A stretch of DNA of 64,000 bases. Origin: Mobula hypostoma. Its lineage: Eukaryota. The notes under the pieces were generated by a model. That model ran no database searches. It was not told the origin of the DNA and saw only the letters and a list, made by a program, of their open reading frames with translations. Below are positions 49,314-60,557 of this stretch, one piece after another (within the stretch, counting starts at the first letter, position 1; each line of letters begins with the position of its first letter). Made by a program: the position numbers and the translations under genes. The DNA lies in the NCBI RefSeq assembly GCF_963921235.1, contig NC_086097.1, positions 48,300,001-48,364,000 of the forward strand. The letters are read 5' to 3'.

Positions 49314-50440
49314 CAAGTTCAAAAAGTTCAAAGTAAATTTATTATCAAAGAATATACTGTATATGTCATCATGTACAATCCTGAGATTCATGTTCTTGTC
49401 GGCATACTTAATAAGTCCAATAACCATAATAGAATCCGTGAAAGACCAAACCAACAGGGTGGACAAACAGTGTGTAAAAGAAAAAAAACCTGCAAATGCA
49501 AAAAGAAAAAAATGAATAATAATAACTATGCCTTACTGTAAACCAAGTCTGATGCAGTTTTAGAGTACCACATATTATATTACGACTGATCTGTTATTTA
49601 CAGAAAGTACTGTCCATTACAATTGTGCGGATATAATAATACGGGATAAACGAGCGAGAACAACTTACGAACACACATAACATGCAGAAATCAATAAATG
49701 AAAAACACCAGAAATATGCTGAATTAAAAGAGGAAGTTGAAAGTCGGTGGAACATGAACAGGGTATACGTTGTCCCCGATAGTAATATCTTACAACTGAT
49801 ATCATCCCAAAGGCACTACACAATAGCATTAAACAATTACAGCTACACAGTAATATCCATGTAAATCTTCAGAAAGCCACAATACTAAACACCACTAGAA
49901 TAGTCTGAAAGTTCCTAGCAATTGAGAAATGAGCGCGCTTGGTTATGCTTGTACCTCAGGTTTTACCAGCTTGAGCTGAAAAAAATCTAAAATAATAACT
50001 AATAATAATAAATAAGCAATAAATATTGAGAACATAAGATGAAGAGTCCTTGAAAGTAAGTCCATAGGTTGTGGGACAGTTCAATGATGGGGCAAATGAA
50101 GTTAAGTTATCTCCTCCGGTTCAAGAGACTGGTGGTTGAGGGGTAATAACTGTTCCTGAACTTAGTGATGTTTAAACCTGAGGCTCCTGTACCTTCTTCC
50201 TGATGGCAGCACTGAGAAGAGAGTATGACATGTGTGCTGGGGGTCTTGATGATGGATGTTGCTTTCTTGTGGCAACACTCCATGTAGATATCTTTAGTGG
50301 TGAGGAGGACTTTACGCATGATGGACTGGGCCTTATTCACTACTTTTTGTTGGATTTTCCATTCAAGGCATTGGTGTTTACGTACCAGACTGTGATGCAG
50401 CTAGTCAATATACTCTTCACCACATATCATTAGAAGCTAC
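49314..50440 (-). mobile_element. Rex1-like LINE 3' fragment nested in CR1
   Basis: Has an (AAAGTTC)n tail. ORF 50107-50340 contains CCHKKATSIIK..KFRNSYYPST. Confidence 0.8.
49527..49990 (+). mobile_element. R4/Dong-clade (RLE) non-LTR retrotransposon 3' fragment inserted in (TAA)n
   Basis: Encodes HYNCADIIIRDKRARTT (decayed RPDI motif), EKHQKYAELKEEVESRWNMNRVYVVP and NLQKATILNTTRIV*KFLAIEK*. It is flanked by AATAATAATAA on both sides. Confidence 0.8.
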
Positions 50441-50768
50441 GTCTATAGAAGCGGAGGTGTACAGATAAACTGCTCACAGTTATAAGAATAACAGGGTTGT
50501 ATTGTGGGAGATTTTAATTTCTCCAGTATTGACTGGGCCATCCAGAGTGATATAGGCCTGAATGAGCTGGAATTAATTAACTATGTCCGAATGTTTGAAG
50601 GGTGCAATACTGAAACTCCTCTTGGGGACTGAGGCAGTCAGAAAGCACTTTAGCTCTAGCAACCATAATTCTATTAGTTTTAAGACAGTGATGGAAAAGG
50701 ATAGGTCCACAGGTTAGTATCCTAAACTGGAGCAGGCAGGAGTGACTTGCAGACATACTGTGCATTAA

Positions 50769-51296
50769 GGTGCAAACATTTTCTACCAGTCTGTTGTCGC
50801 CAGTACAACCTTCCATGCGGTGGTGTGCTGGGAAAATGACATCAACAGGGGTGATGCCAACAGGCCCAATACACTGATTAGAAAGGCTGGCTCTGTTATA
50901 GGAGTCAAACTGGACACACTGGAGGCTGTGGCAGAACAAAGGACCCCGTGGAAAATCCTGGCGATTCTGGACAATGTTTCTCGCCCTCTGCATGCCACCT
51001 TGGCTGAACAGAGGAGTATTTTTAGTAATAGACTGAGAAAACTGTGCTGCTCCAAAGGGCGCTATTTGATGTCATTTTTACCCTCGGCCACACGGCTCTA
51101 TAATGAGTCAACCTATAGCCAGGGAAGTAACGACCCCCTCATGTTAGACTGTTTGAAGTAACTTGTTCTTTATTCTTTCTTACTTCTCTTCTAATATTTG
51201 TATATTTATATATCTGGGCACTTGTAATGCCACTACAACATTGTAATTTCCTTTGGGATCAATAAAGTATCTATCTATATATCTATCTACCTACCT
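50769..51296 (+). mobile_element. Rex1/Babar-like LINE 3' fragment nested in CR1
   Basis: ORF 50820-51161 (VCW..LIRKAGSVIG..SFLPSATRLYN), then AATAAAG and a (TATC)n tail. Confidence 0.85.
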
Positions 51297-52888
51297 AAAT
51301 CCTTAGGACCTGACTGACTAATTTGCAGGAGGATAAAGAAAAATTGTGGGGCTCTTGCAGGAATATTTGTTTCATCATTAGCCTCGGTGAAATTTCCAAA
51401 GTCTGGAAGGTTGTTAAAATGTTTAAAAAGGCTGGAAAGTAATGCTTGATGAATCTTTTAAGAGTTTTTCTAAAGAAGTGTAACTGTAAAGCTAATTGAG
51501 GGTAGGGCAATGGATGTTGTCTGTTTGGACTTTAGCAACATCTCTGACAAGGTCTTCCATTGCAGGCTCATCTGGAGAGCTTCGTCCCATGGAATCGTGG
51601 GAGAGCTAGATAGGTGGATTCAGAATTGGCTCTGAGGTGGGAAGCAGAGAGTGGTGGTTGAAGGCTGTTTCTCGCACTGGAAGCTGGTAACTAGTTGTGT
51701 GTCACTGGTATCAGAGTTAGGACTCTTGTTCTTCATTTTTTACTGTATATAAATGATTTGGATATGAAAACATAAGACTGTAAGCCTGCGGATGAAACAG
51801 AATTGAAAGATGTTGTTCATAGTGAAGACTGTTATTGTAGATTACGTGAACGTTGATCATTTAGGAAAGTAAGTCAAGGACAGGGAAATGGATTTCAATA
51901 TAGATAAGTGCGAAATGATGCATATTGGAAAGTCAAACCGGAGCAGAACTTCTAATGTGAATGGTAGGCAAACAGAGGAATCTTGGAGTACATGTTCATA
52001 GTTCGTTGAAAGCAGCGTCACAGGTAGACAGAACAGTGATAATGGTACTCAGCATGCTGACCTTCATCATTGAATACACATGTTGGAACATTACGTTGCA
52101 GTTGCACGAGTTGTTGGTGGGGCTGCAATTGGAGTACCATGTACAATTTTAGTCATCTTTTTGTCAATTTGGACTTTAGAAGGATCTTTGACAAGGTCCT
52201 GCATGACAGGTCCCATGGAATCAGATAGGTGGATTCAGAATTTGAAAGAGTGCAGAAAAGATTTACGAGGATGTTGGCAGGACTAGAATGCCTGGAAATT
52301 GGGAGAGGTTGGCTAGGCTAAGTCTTCTTTCATTGAAACACAGGAACACTTATAAAAGTACTTAAAGTTATAAGAAGCATAGATAAGATGAATCATAACA
52401 GGCTTTTCTCCAGGGTAGGGGAGTCCAAACCTAGGGGGCAAAGTCTGAGGGTGAGAGGGGAAAAATTAAAAGGCACTTTATAGGCAATTTTTCCTGGTGT
52501 GTGTGTTGATTATATGGAATAAGCTGCCAGAGGGAGTGGTTGAGGCAGGTATGATAGTATCATTTGAGAAGCACCTGGATCAGTACATGGAGGTACTGAG
52601 GTCCTGAATCAGGAACTGGAGATAACCCTGCACTGCTTTCACTCTTCCAACCCCACAGCCCGGAGCTCCAAACTCATTTGGGGAGAGATTGCCCACAGTA
52701 ACTTCCATTTGCCCTCCATTGGCACATCCCTCTTTGAATGCCAAAAAGGATTCCAGCCACCACTCTTCCCTGACCAAGAGATTGACATGGGAGACTCTGC
52801 TGCTGAACAGTCGGTCCAACGTTACAAGCACACATGAAGACGGGCCTGAGCTTCTCTGCAGTGTACCTAGAGACAATATGCCCAGCAG

Positions 52889-54221
52889 CAATGTTCCCTT
52901 TAATTTTTAGTAGTCAGTGTGCGCAAGAAACTTATGTTGTGCAAATTTTTTTCCTGTGACAGAAGTATGTACGCACTGAATGCACACATGGCACAGTTTA
53001 TGAGGTTTACAAAATATTTGACATAAAACTGCACAGAATAACAACAAAATAACATACATATTTAAGTCACTCAGTTATTTTTTCTTTCTCCTGTCTTTAG
53101 CATTTAACCATTCTTTGTAAACTCTATCTAGGCTAATAGAACTTCCATCCAATTGATAGCTTTTGATTCTCATTAACATATCCAAATGACATTCACCTAA
53201 ATGGTTTCTCAGCTTGTTTTTGAGTTGATTCATTAGGCTAGAACCTTGCTCACAGTCCGCACTAGATGCAAGAAATTTTCCCCAATGTCCATCAACTGTG
53301 CAAGGTCGCAAAACTGTTCATTTTGACGTACAAATGCCACCATATGAACAAAGTTTGAAATCAGTTTGGATTTAATTTTTTCTTGCATGGAAAATTTGAA
53401 ATTATTAAACTGTGTAACTATTACAGTATTTTCAGCTAGAAAATCATGATATTTTAGACATAAGGCATTAACTTGTTCATCGCCAAATGTGAAGTCACAA
53501 TCTGCAATTGTGGAGAAATCAAAAGCTGACCAATCTTGTACCTCATCTTCAGGAAACCTTTCCTCTAAATGAACACGAAGACTATTTATAAAAGTCAACA
53601 GCTAACTTGTATCTACTATGACGTTTTCTTCACGTTGCTGGCTTAGCAAAACTTCAACTTTGTCACTCCACGAAACATTGTCTCCCAGATTCTGCTTTCT
53701 TATCTTGTTAATTTTGCTTCACGCAAAATGAAGTGAATCAATCGGTGTCAGGCCACTCTTTTGCAGAATCTTGCACAATGCAGCCAGTTCATCAAAGATA
53801 TCACTTAAAACCTGTAGAACTACTTTTTGCGTGATGTTTATCAATTTCCTGTGACAGTATTTAGCCACAGGGTCATTTGACTGATCTTTTTCAATAAAAA
53901 CTTAGTAAGCTATCTACAGGATTTGAAACAGATCTTTGTAAACTTTACGATATGAACACTGTCTGCCAAAGATGGCTGCCGTCGTGATGCAGCTGTACAA
54001 ACTGGAACAGGAAAGGTGAGGTGACGTAAATTAGTGATGTGCATTGTGGTATTTGAAAAACTGACTAACTAGTTAACAGAAACATTTAGCTAAAAGATTA
54101 TTTTCAAGAAGTATAATTATTACTACATTATTTTAGGTAACTAACCTTTTGTACGCACATTAATTTCCTTTGTGCGCTGGTTGAAAAACGTGTGTGCGTG
54201 CACAGTTTAGAGGGAACATAG
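52889..54221 (-). mobile_element. Internally deleted hAT DNA transposon
   Basis: TIRs CAATGTTCCCTTTAA / TTTAGAGGGAACATAG and a perfect 8-bp TSD CCCAGCAG (52881-52888 and 54222-54229). The transposase C-terminus includes ASSADCEQG.SLMNQLKNKLRN.L..LDMLMRI (hAT dimerisation domain). Confidence 0.93.
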
Positions 54222-54239
54222 CCCAGCAGGATGATTGTT

Positions 54240-55441
54240 TCTGGACCTACTGCAATGTGCCTGTCGCTACAAAAGATCAACGGCAGACGCAATCTCAATG
54301 ACTCTTCTCATAGCCTTAGACCACATGCACGATATAAACACCTACGTCAGGATGCTGTTCATCGACTATAGCTCAGCATTTAGCACCATCATTCCCACAA
54401 TCCTAATTGAGAAGTTACAGAACCTGGGCCTCTGTACTTTCCTCTGCAATTGGATCCTCGAATGCCTAACTGGAAGACCACAATCTGTGCGGTTGGTGAT
54501 AATATCTCCTCCTCGCTGACGATCTACACTGATGCACCTCAGGGGTGTGTGCTTATCCCACTGCTCTACTCTCCCTATACCCATAGCTCAAATACCATCT
54601 ATAAATTTGCTGATGATACAACCATTGTTGGTAGAATCTCAGGTGGTGACGAGAGGGCGTACAGGAGTGAGATATGCCAACTAGTAGAGTGGTGTCGCAG
54701 CAACAACCTGGCATTCAACGTCAGTAAGACGAAAGAGCTGATTGTGGACTTCAGGAAAGGTAAGACAAAGGAACACATACCAATCCTCACAGATCTCCAA
54801 GAACTTAACCTGGTCCCAACTTATCGATGCAGCTACAAAGAAGACAAGACAGTGTCTATACTTCATTCGCAGTTTGAAGAGATTTGGTATGTCAACAGAA
54901 ACACTCAAAAACTTCTATAGATGAGCATTCTGATAGGCTGCATCACTGTCTGGTATGGGGGGAGGCTAATGCACAGGACTGAAAGAAGCTGCGAAGGGTC
55001 ATAAATTTAGTCAGCTCCATCTTGGGTACTAGCCTACAAAGTACCCAGGACATCTTCAGGGAGCAGTGTCTCAGAAAGGCAGCGTCCATTATTAAGGACC
55101 TCCAGCACCCAGGGCATGCCCTTTTCTCACTGTTACCATCAGGTAGGAGGTACTGAAGCCTGAAGGCACACACTCAGTGATTCAGGAACAGCTTCTTCCC
55201 CTCTGCCATCCGATTCCTGAATGGACATTGAACCCGTGAACACTACCTCACTTTTTTATACATATTATTTTTGCTTATGCATGATTTTTAATCTCTTCAT
55301 TAAATGTATACTGTAATTTATTTATTTATTATTAAATTTTCTTCTTCTATATTATGTATTGCTTTGAACTGCTGCTGCTAAGTTAGCAAACTTCATGACA
55401 TATGTTGGTGATAAGAAACCTGATTCTGATTCTGATTCTGC
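54240..55441 (+). mobile_element. Rex1/Babar-like LINE, RT through 3' end
   Basis: Encodes [28 protein letters not shown] and YKFADDTTIVG, and ends in a (TCTGAT)n tail. Confidence 0.92.
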
Positions 55442-55574
55442 TGACAGGTGAGGCCTCTCAAGCTGGGGAAAAAGACCGGCTGGTGTCTAGAGTTCTTCCA
55501 TTGAGAATAGAGAGCTGCAAATTGGTCCCATGATCATTTGTAGTGGAAATGGTTATCAACAGAGCCTCCTATAG

Positions 55575-56028
55575 GCCGTGCCTACCATAATCCGTGAAGA
55601 TTCACCCAGTGTTCTGTGTTTCCCAGCCCTGCTTGGTGGATGGGTCTTTGGTCTATTTTGTGCAGCACATCTTGGCATCTTGCTGGGTACAGGGCAGTGT
55701 CCAGTACCTCACTCATTGGGAGGAGCACGGTCCAGAGGAAAGTTTTTGTGTTCGGACCTGGCACATCCTGGGCAATTCTCTCTTCCAGGACTTCCACCGG
55801 GTACAGACCTCTGACTCTTTGGGAGCTGTGCCTAGGGAGGGGTGCCCTGTTACAACCACGGACTCTGCCGCAGCGCCTGGGTGCTCTCGCAGGCCAGCAG
55901 CCGAAAGAAGGCGGTAATCACACACATGAGAATGCACACATTTTAGCGAAGTAGGGTTTCTTCGTGATTTTATTTAATTCCTTCCTTTTGTTTCAGTCTT
56001 GTCAAGCCTTGATCAAAGCACAGTGACA
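55575..56028 (+). mobile_element. Chromoviral Gypsy 3' fragment: integrase tail, chromodomain, PPT and LTR remnant
   Basis: ORF 55594-55917 encodes KIHPVF.VS..LVDGSLVY.V..IL....QG.VQYL.HWE..GPEES......IL...L..DFH. A purine tract AGGGAGGGG precedes TGTTAC at 55848, and GTGACA at 56028 is a possible LTR end. Confidence 0.78.
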
Positions 56029-56307
56029 ACAATGCTCCCTGCTTACCTTACTGTATGTTCCAGGAAAGAAGATTAGTGACTTATATAGATGACAGTATTA
56101 GTTTAGTTCTTGGTTACTGCTTTTGAGTTGTAGTGATGGCGTTAGGTTTTAGTTAGTCTGAGAGATTTTAGTTAGTGGCCTTGCTGGCCAGTGTTTATTA
56201 TTCTCCTTTGTTCTGTACACCATTCATTCCATGTCTGCATCTCTCCTCCTGCACTTGGGCTACCACTGAATTCTTGTCAGAGTGCTACAATGGTGTCATG
56301 CTGACAA

Positions 56308-56443
56308 CATCCTGCTGAAGGGTCTCAGCCCGAAAGATCAACTATTCACATCTCCATAGATGCTGCCTGGCCTGCTGAGTTCCTCCAGCATTTTGTGTGT
56401 GCTGCTTGGATTTCCAGCATCTGCAGATTATCTCCTGTTTGAG
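56308..56443 (+). mobile_element. 136-bp stand-alone Penelope terminal module with a hammerhead motif and TSD
   Basis: TSD GCTGACAA lies at 56300-56307 and 56444-56451. The element begins CATC-CTGCTGA-AGGGTCTCAGCCC-GAAA-GATC. Confidence 0.85.
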
Positions 56444-56499
56444 GCTGACAAAGGAGCGGTTTCATTCTATTATTGCCAGATTATTTCTGAGCTTGTAAA

Positions 56500-57744
56500 C
56501 ACTGATCTTGCCGCAATTTAGAACATTTACCTCTTTTTATCTCTGTCCTATGGAAGCTAACTGAATTACGAACACGTCTGTAACAATGCTTTCCTACCAA
56601 TTCTCCCTACGAATGTCTAGCCTTTACCTTTAAATCTAATTCCTGAATTTCCTCTCTTCCTATTGGATTTAATACGTAATGCAAAAAAATGGTTTTCTTG
56701 AATGAAATTTAGTTATTTAATAGCCTTCATGCCAGTGACACTCTCTGTGCTCCACTTCATATTGGAATAATTGAAATTCCCCATTATCATTGTCACATTG
56801 CTTAAAACTGTTTATCAATTTGCACTTCTCTCTCCTTCAGGTTGTTTGGAAATGTCTAGTACAGTTCCAACAAAATGTCTGGGACTTGTTCAACCCATAC
56901 AGCCTCTTTTGATGATTCTTGTAGCATATCATCTCTTCTCACAGTGGTAAGTGTTACTGAAATTCAAAATTTGCCACCCCTCCTTTTTTAAATTCCTGTT
57001 TTCAGATCATATGAAAACATGTGACAAGAACAGTTAAGCTGTTATTTCGGTTCATTTTTAAGTTATGCTTCAACAATGGCCGTAGTATATTTCCCATTTG
57101 TTCTGGCATCTTCCCCCTTCCTTTTCAGTTCTCTTGAAGGGTCTTGGCCCATGACGTCAACTGTTTATTTATTTCCACAGATGCTGTCTGAGCTGCTGAG
57201 TTCCTCTACCATTTTGTGTGTGTTGGTTTGGATTTTCAGCATCTGCAGACTGTCTTGTGATAATACTTTCATGGCTCTCTCAGTGTCTCTGCACATTAGC
57301 CTTGAAGACTACATTTCCCGGAACATACAGTCTCACTAACCACAGCCAGATTATTTTTTCCTTCTGTTTCCTATCATATATTTGCTCTACATTCTAAATG
57401 GCATCACTAGCTCTATGTCTTCCATTTCCAGTTCTGCTCTTCTCCCTTTGGAACCCGTGCTCAGATTATCATCTCCTGGTAAGCTTTCCCATAAAGATGT
57501 TGGTTCCATTTCTGTAAAAGTCCATAAGTTGTGGCCTATACGGGCCTCTCTTTCCCCTGAACTGATGCCAGTATTTCAGTAATCTAATGCTCTTCCTCCG
57601 ATACCATTTCTCCACTCACCTCTTCTGGCTTTGTATACAATTATCCTCAGATTTTTTAAAAATACAGTGAATATCTTCACTACACCCATCAATATCCTTA
57701 CCCCCCACTGCCTCTAATTTGCCTCATTTCACTCTTGCATCATT
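56500..57744 (-). mobile_element. Very old CR1-like endonuclease-region remnant
   Basis: The minus strand encodes VTMIMGNFNYS (GDFN-like) at about 56765-56795. It is heavily decayed. Confidence 0.4.
57098..57260 (+). mobile_element. Short Penelope terminal module with a degenerate hammerhead
   Basis: CAGTT-CTCTTGA-AGGGTCTTGGCCC-ATGA-CGTC-AACTG, then GATGCTG..GAGTTCCTC..CAGCATCTGCAGA. Confidence 0.8.
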
Positions 57745-59442
57745 CCATAACCATAGAACCATAGAAACTACAGCACAGAAACAGGCCTTTTGGCCCTTCT
57801 TGGCTGTGCCGAACCATTTTCTGCCTAGTCCCACTGACCTGCACATGGACCATATCCCTCCACACACATCCCATCCATGTATCTGTCCAATTTATTCTTA
57901 AATGTTAAAAAAGAACCCGCATTTACCACCTCGTCTGGCAGCTCATTCCATACTCCCACCACTCTCTGTGTGAGGAAGCCCCCTCTAATGTTCCCTTTAA
58001 ACTTTTCCCCCCTCACCCTTAACCCATGTCCTCTGGTTTTTTTCTCCCCTTGCCTCAGTAGAAAAAAGCCTGCTTGCATTCACTCTATCTATACCCATCA
58101 TAATTTTATATACCCCTATCAAATCTCCCCTCATTCTTCTACGCTCCAGGGAATAAAGTCCTAAGCTAGTCAACCTTTCTCTGTAACTGAGTTTCTCAAG
58201 TCCCAGAAACATCCTTGTAAACCTTCTCTGCACTCTTTCAACCTTATTTATATCCTTGCTGTAATTTGGTGACCAAAACTGAACACAATACTCCAGATTC
58301 GGCCTCACCAATGCCTTATACAACCTCATCACAACATTCCAGCTCTTATACTCAATACTTCGATTAATAAAGGCCAATGTACCAAAAGCTCTCTTTACGA
58401 CCCTATCTACCTGTGACGCCACTCTTAGGGAATTTTGTATCTGTATTCCCAGATTCCTCTGTTCCACTGCACTCCTCAGTGCCTTACCATTAACCCTGTA
58501 TGTTCTACCTTGGTTTGTCCTTCCAACATACAATACCTCACACTTGTCTGTATTAATCTCCATCTGCCATTTTTCAGCCCATTTTTCCAGCTGGTCCAAG
58601 TCCCTCTGCAGGCTCTGAAAACCTTCCTCACTGTCTACTACACCTCCAATCTTTGTATCATCAGCAAATTTGCTGATCCAATTTACCACATTATCATCCA
58701 GATCATTGATATAGATGACAAATAACAATGGACCCAGCACTGAACTCTGTGGCACACCACTAGTCACAGGCCTCCACTCGGAGAAGCAATTCTCTACCAC
58801 CACTCTTTGGCTTCTTCCATTGAGCCAATGTCTAATCCAATTTACCACCTCTCCACGTATACCTAGCGACTGAACTTTCCTAACTAACCTCCCATGCGGG
58901 ACCTTGTCAAAGGCCTTACTGAAGTCCATGTAGACAATATCCACTGCCTTCCCTTCATCCACTTTCCTGGTAACCTCCTCGAAAAACTCCAACAGATTGG
59001 TCAAACATGACCTACCACGCACAAAGCCATGTTGACTCTCCCTAATAAGTCCCTGTCTATCCAAATGCTTGTAGATTCTGTCTCTTAGTACTCCCTCCAA
59101 TAACTTACCTACTACTGACGTTAAACTTACTGGCCTATAATTTCCCAGATTACTTTTCGATCCTTTTTTAAACAACGGAACAACATGAGCCACTCTCCAA
59201 TCCTCCGGCACCTCGCCTGTAGACAGCGACATTTTAAATATTTCTGCCAGGGCCCCTGCAATTTCAACACTAGTCTCCTTCAAGGTCCGAGGGAACACCC
59301 TGTCAGGTCCCGGGGATTTATCCACTTTAAATTTCCTCAAGACAGCAAGGACCTCCTTCTTTTCGATCTGTACAGTTTCCATGATCTCACTACTTGTTTC
59401 CCTTAATTCCATAGACTTCATGCCAGTTTCATTAGTAAATAC
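57745..59442 (-). mobile_element. Young 5'-truncated CR1 LINE with a 474-aa RT ORF (57997-59421)
   Basis: Encodes KSPGPD, YRPVSLTS, DFSKAFDKVPH, GVPQSSVLGP and FADD, and ends in a (CCATAGAA)n tail. Confidence 0.96.
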
Positions 59443-60557
59443 AAATTCCTCCTGAAACCTATTCTGGCTCTATCGTCTTAATTCTATACTCACTACAATG
59501 TTGGCTGAGGAGCAATCAAGCGAAAGTTAGAGAACCTTTGAAGTTTTTGTTTGCTCAATCTCTTTCCCAATTTCTTCAACTGTGCTGTTGGACCTTTCAT
59601 TTTCTCCTTCGTTGTTGGACTATGACCTCTGGCAGTTCACCCTTTCCCTCCACCATGGCAGCAGCTGGTCAGTGATTCGTGATCTTGGCAGCAAGTAAAG
59701 TAATACCTGCTACTGGGTAACCCATAAATCCAATCCCTGAATCCTTCCATAGCACAATGTCACCTGCCATATAGTTCCTACATTTTCTGCTTTTGTCTCC
59801 TTATCAAAGCCTTTCCTCTCCAGGACATTAAATACTATTCTGAAATTACATTTGCATTCATTGAAGCACTTGCCTGTTTGTTTACCTATAAAATTCCCTA
59901 TTCTATTTGACCTTTTGACCTTTTACATCCTTCCCTTTAGATCTAAACCCTCAAGAGCACGATGGCCTTGGCTCTGGTTGCATTTCCTAGGGATAACCTC
60001 TCCCTTGTCAATACTCAGAACAGAGTTCTGCTCGGAGAGATGGATGCCCACAGGGCATCCCATGAAATACCTGTCTGCTCCATTCCCTCAATCCTTTGTA
60101 TTTAAGTGCTGTCATTTAAGGTACCCAGATGGAGGTCAGTGATGTCAGCTATTGCTTCAACTCCAAAATCCAGAGCTTAAACTCCTCCAGTTGACAGCAC
60201 ATCCTTTACTGGAACATGGAAAACATACTCCCGTCCTCATATGGCACAGGATGTGCATTTCATGTGTCAAGGTGCCTACCATGCCTCGATTTATTATGTT
60301 GACTGATGAAGCAGACATAAGGTAGCAGGAAATCACCTTTCCCCTCACCCCCATTAAAGCCCTGAGTTTCAGACACAGTGGACGCTGTCCTATATGGAAC
60401 TGTACCCCATGATTATTATTTATTGGGAAGACTGATGAGAAATTCATAAAAAATTTATGGGAAGCTCTTGCTCCAAACAACTTGGGCAAATAATGAAGAA
60501 GATGATGTGCTTCTGAAGTGAATCCCACAACTGTTCAAGAACAAGTAATGCGTAATA

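Larger units (their letters stand above)
48820..52592 (+). mobile_element. Old, nearly complete CR1 ORF2 with nested insertions
   Basis: The ORF1/ORF2 junction (TTTAAACTAG) and endonuclease (NFNAQGLTGKADELRA) lie at 48820-49310. GDFNF is at about 50507, and RT plus 3' end span 51297-52592. Confidence 0.75.
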
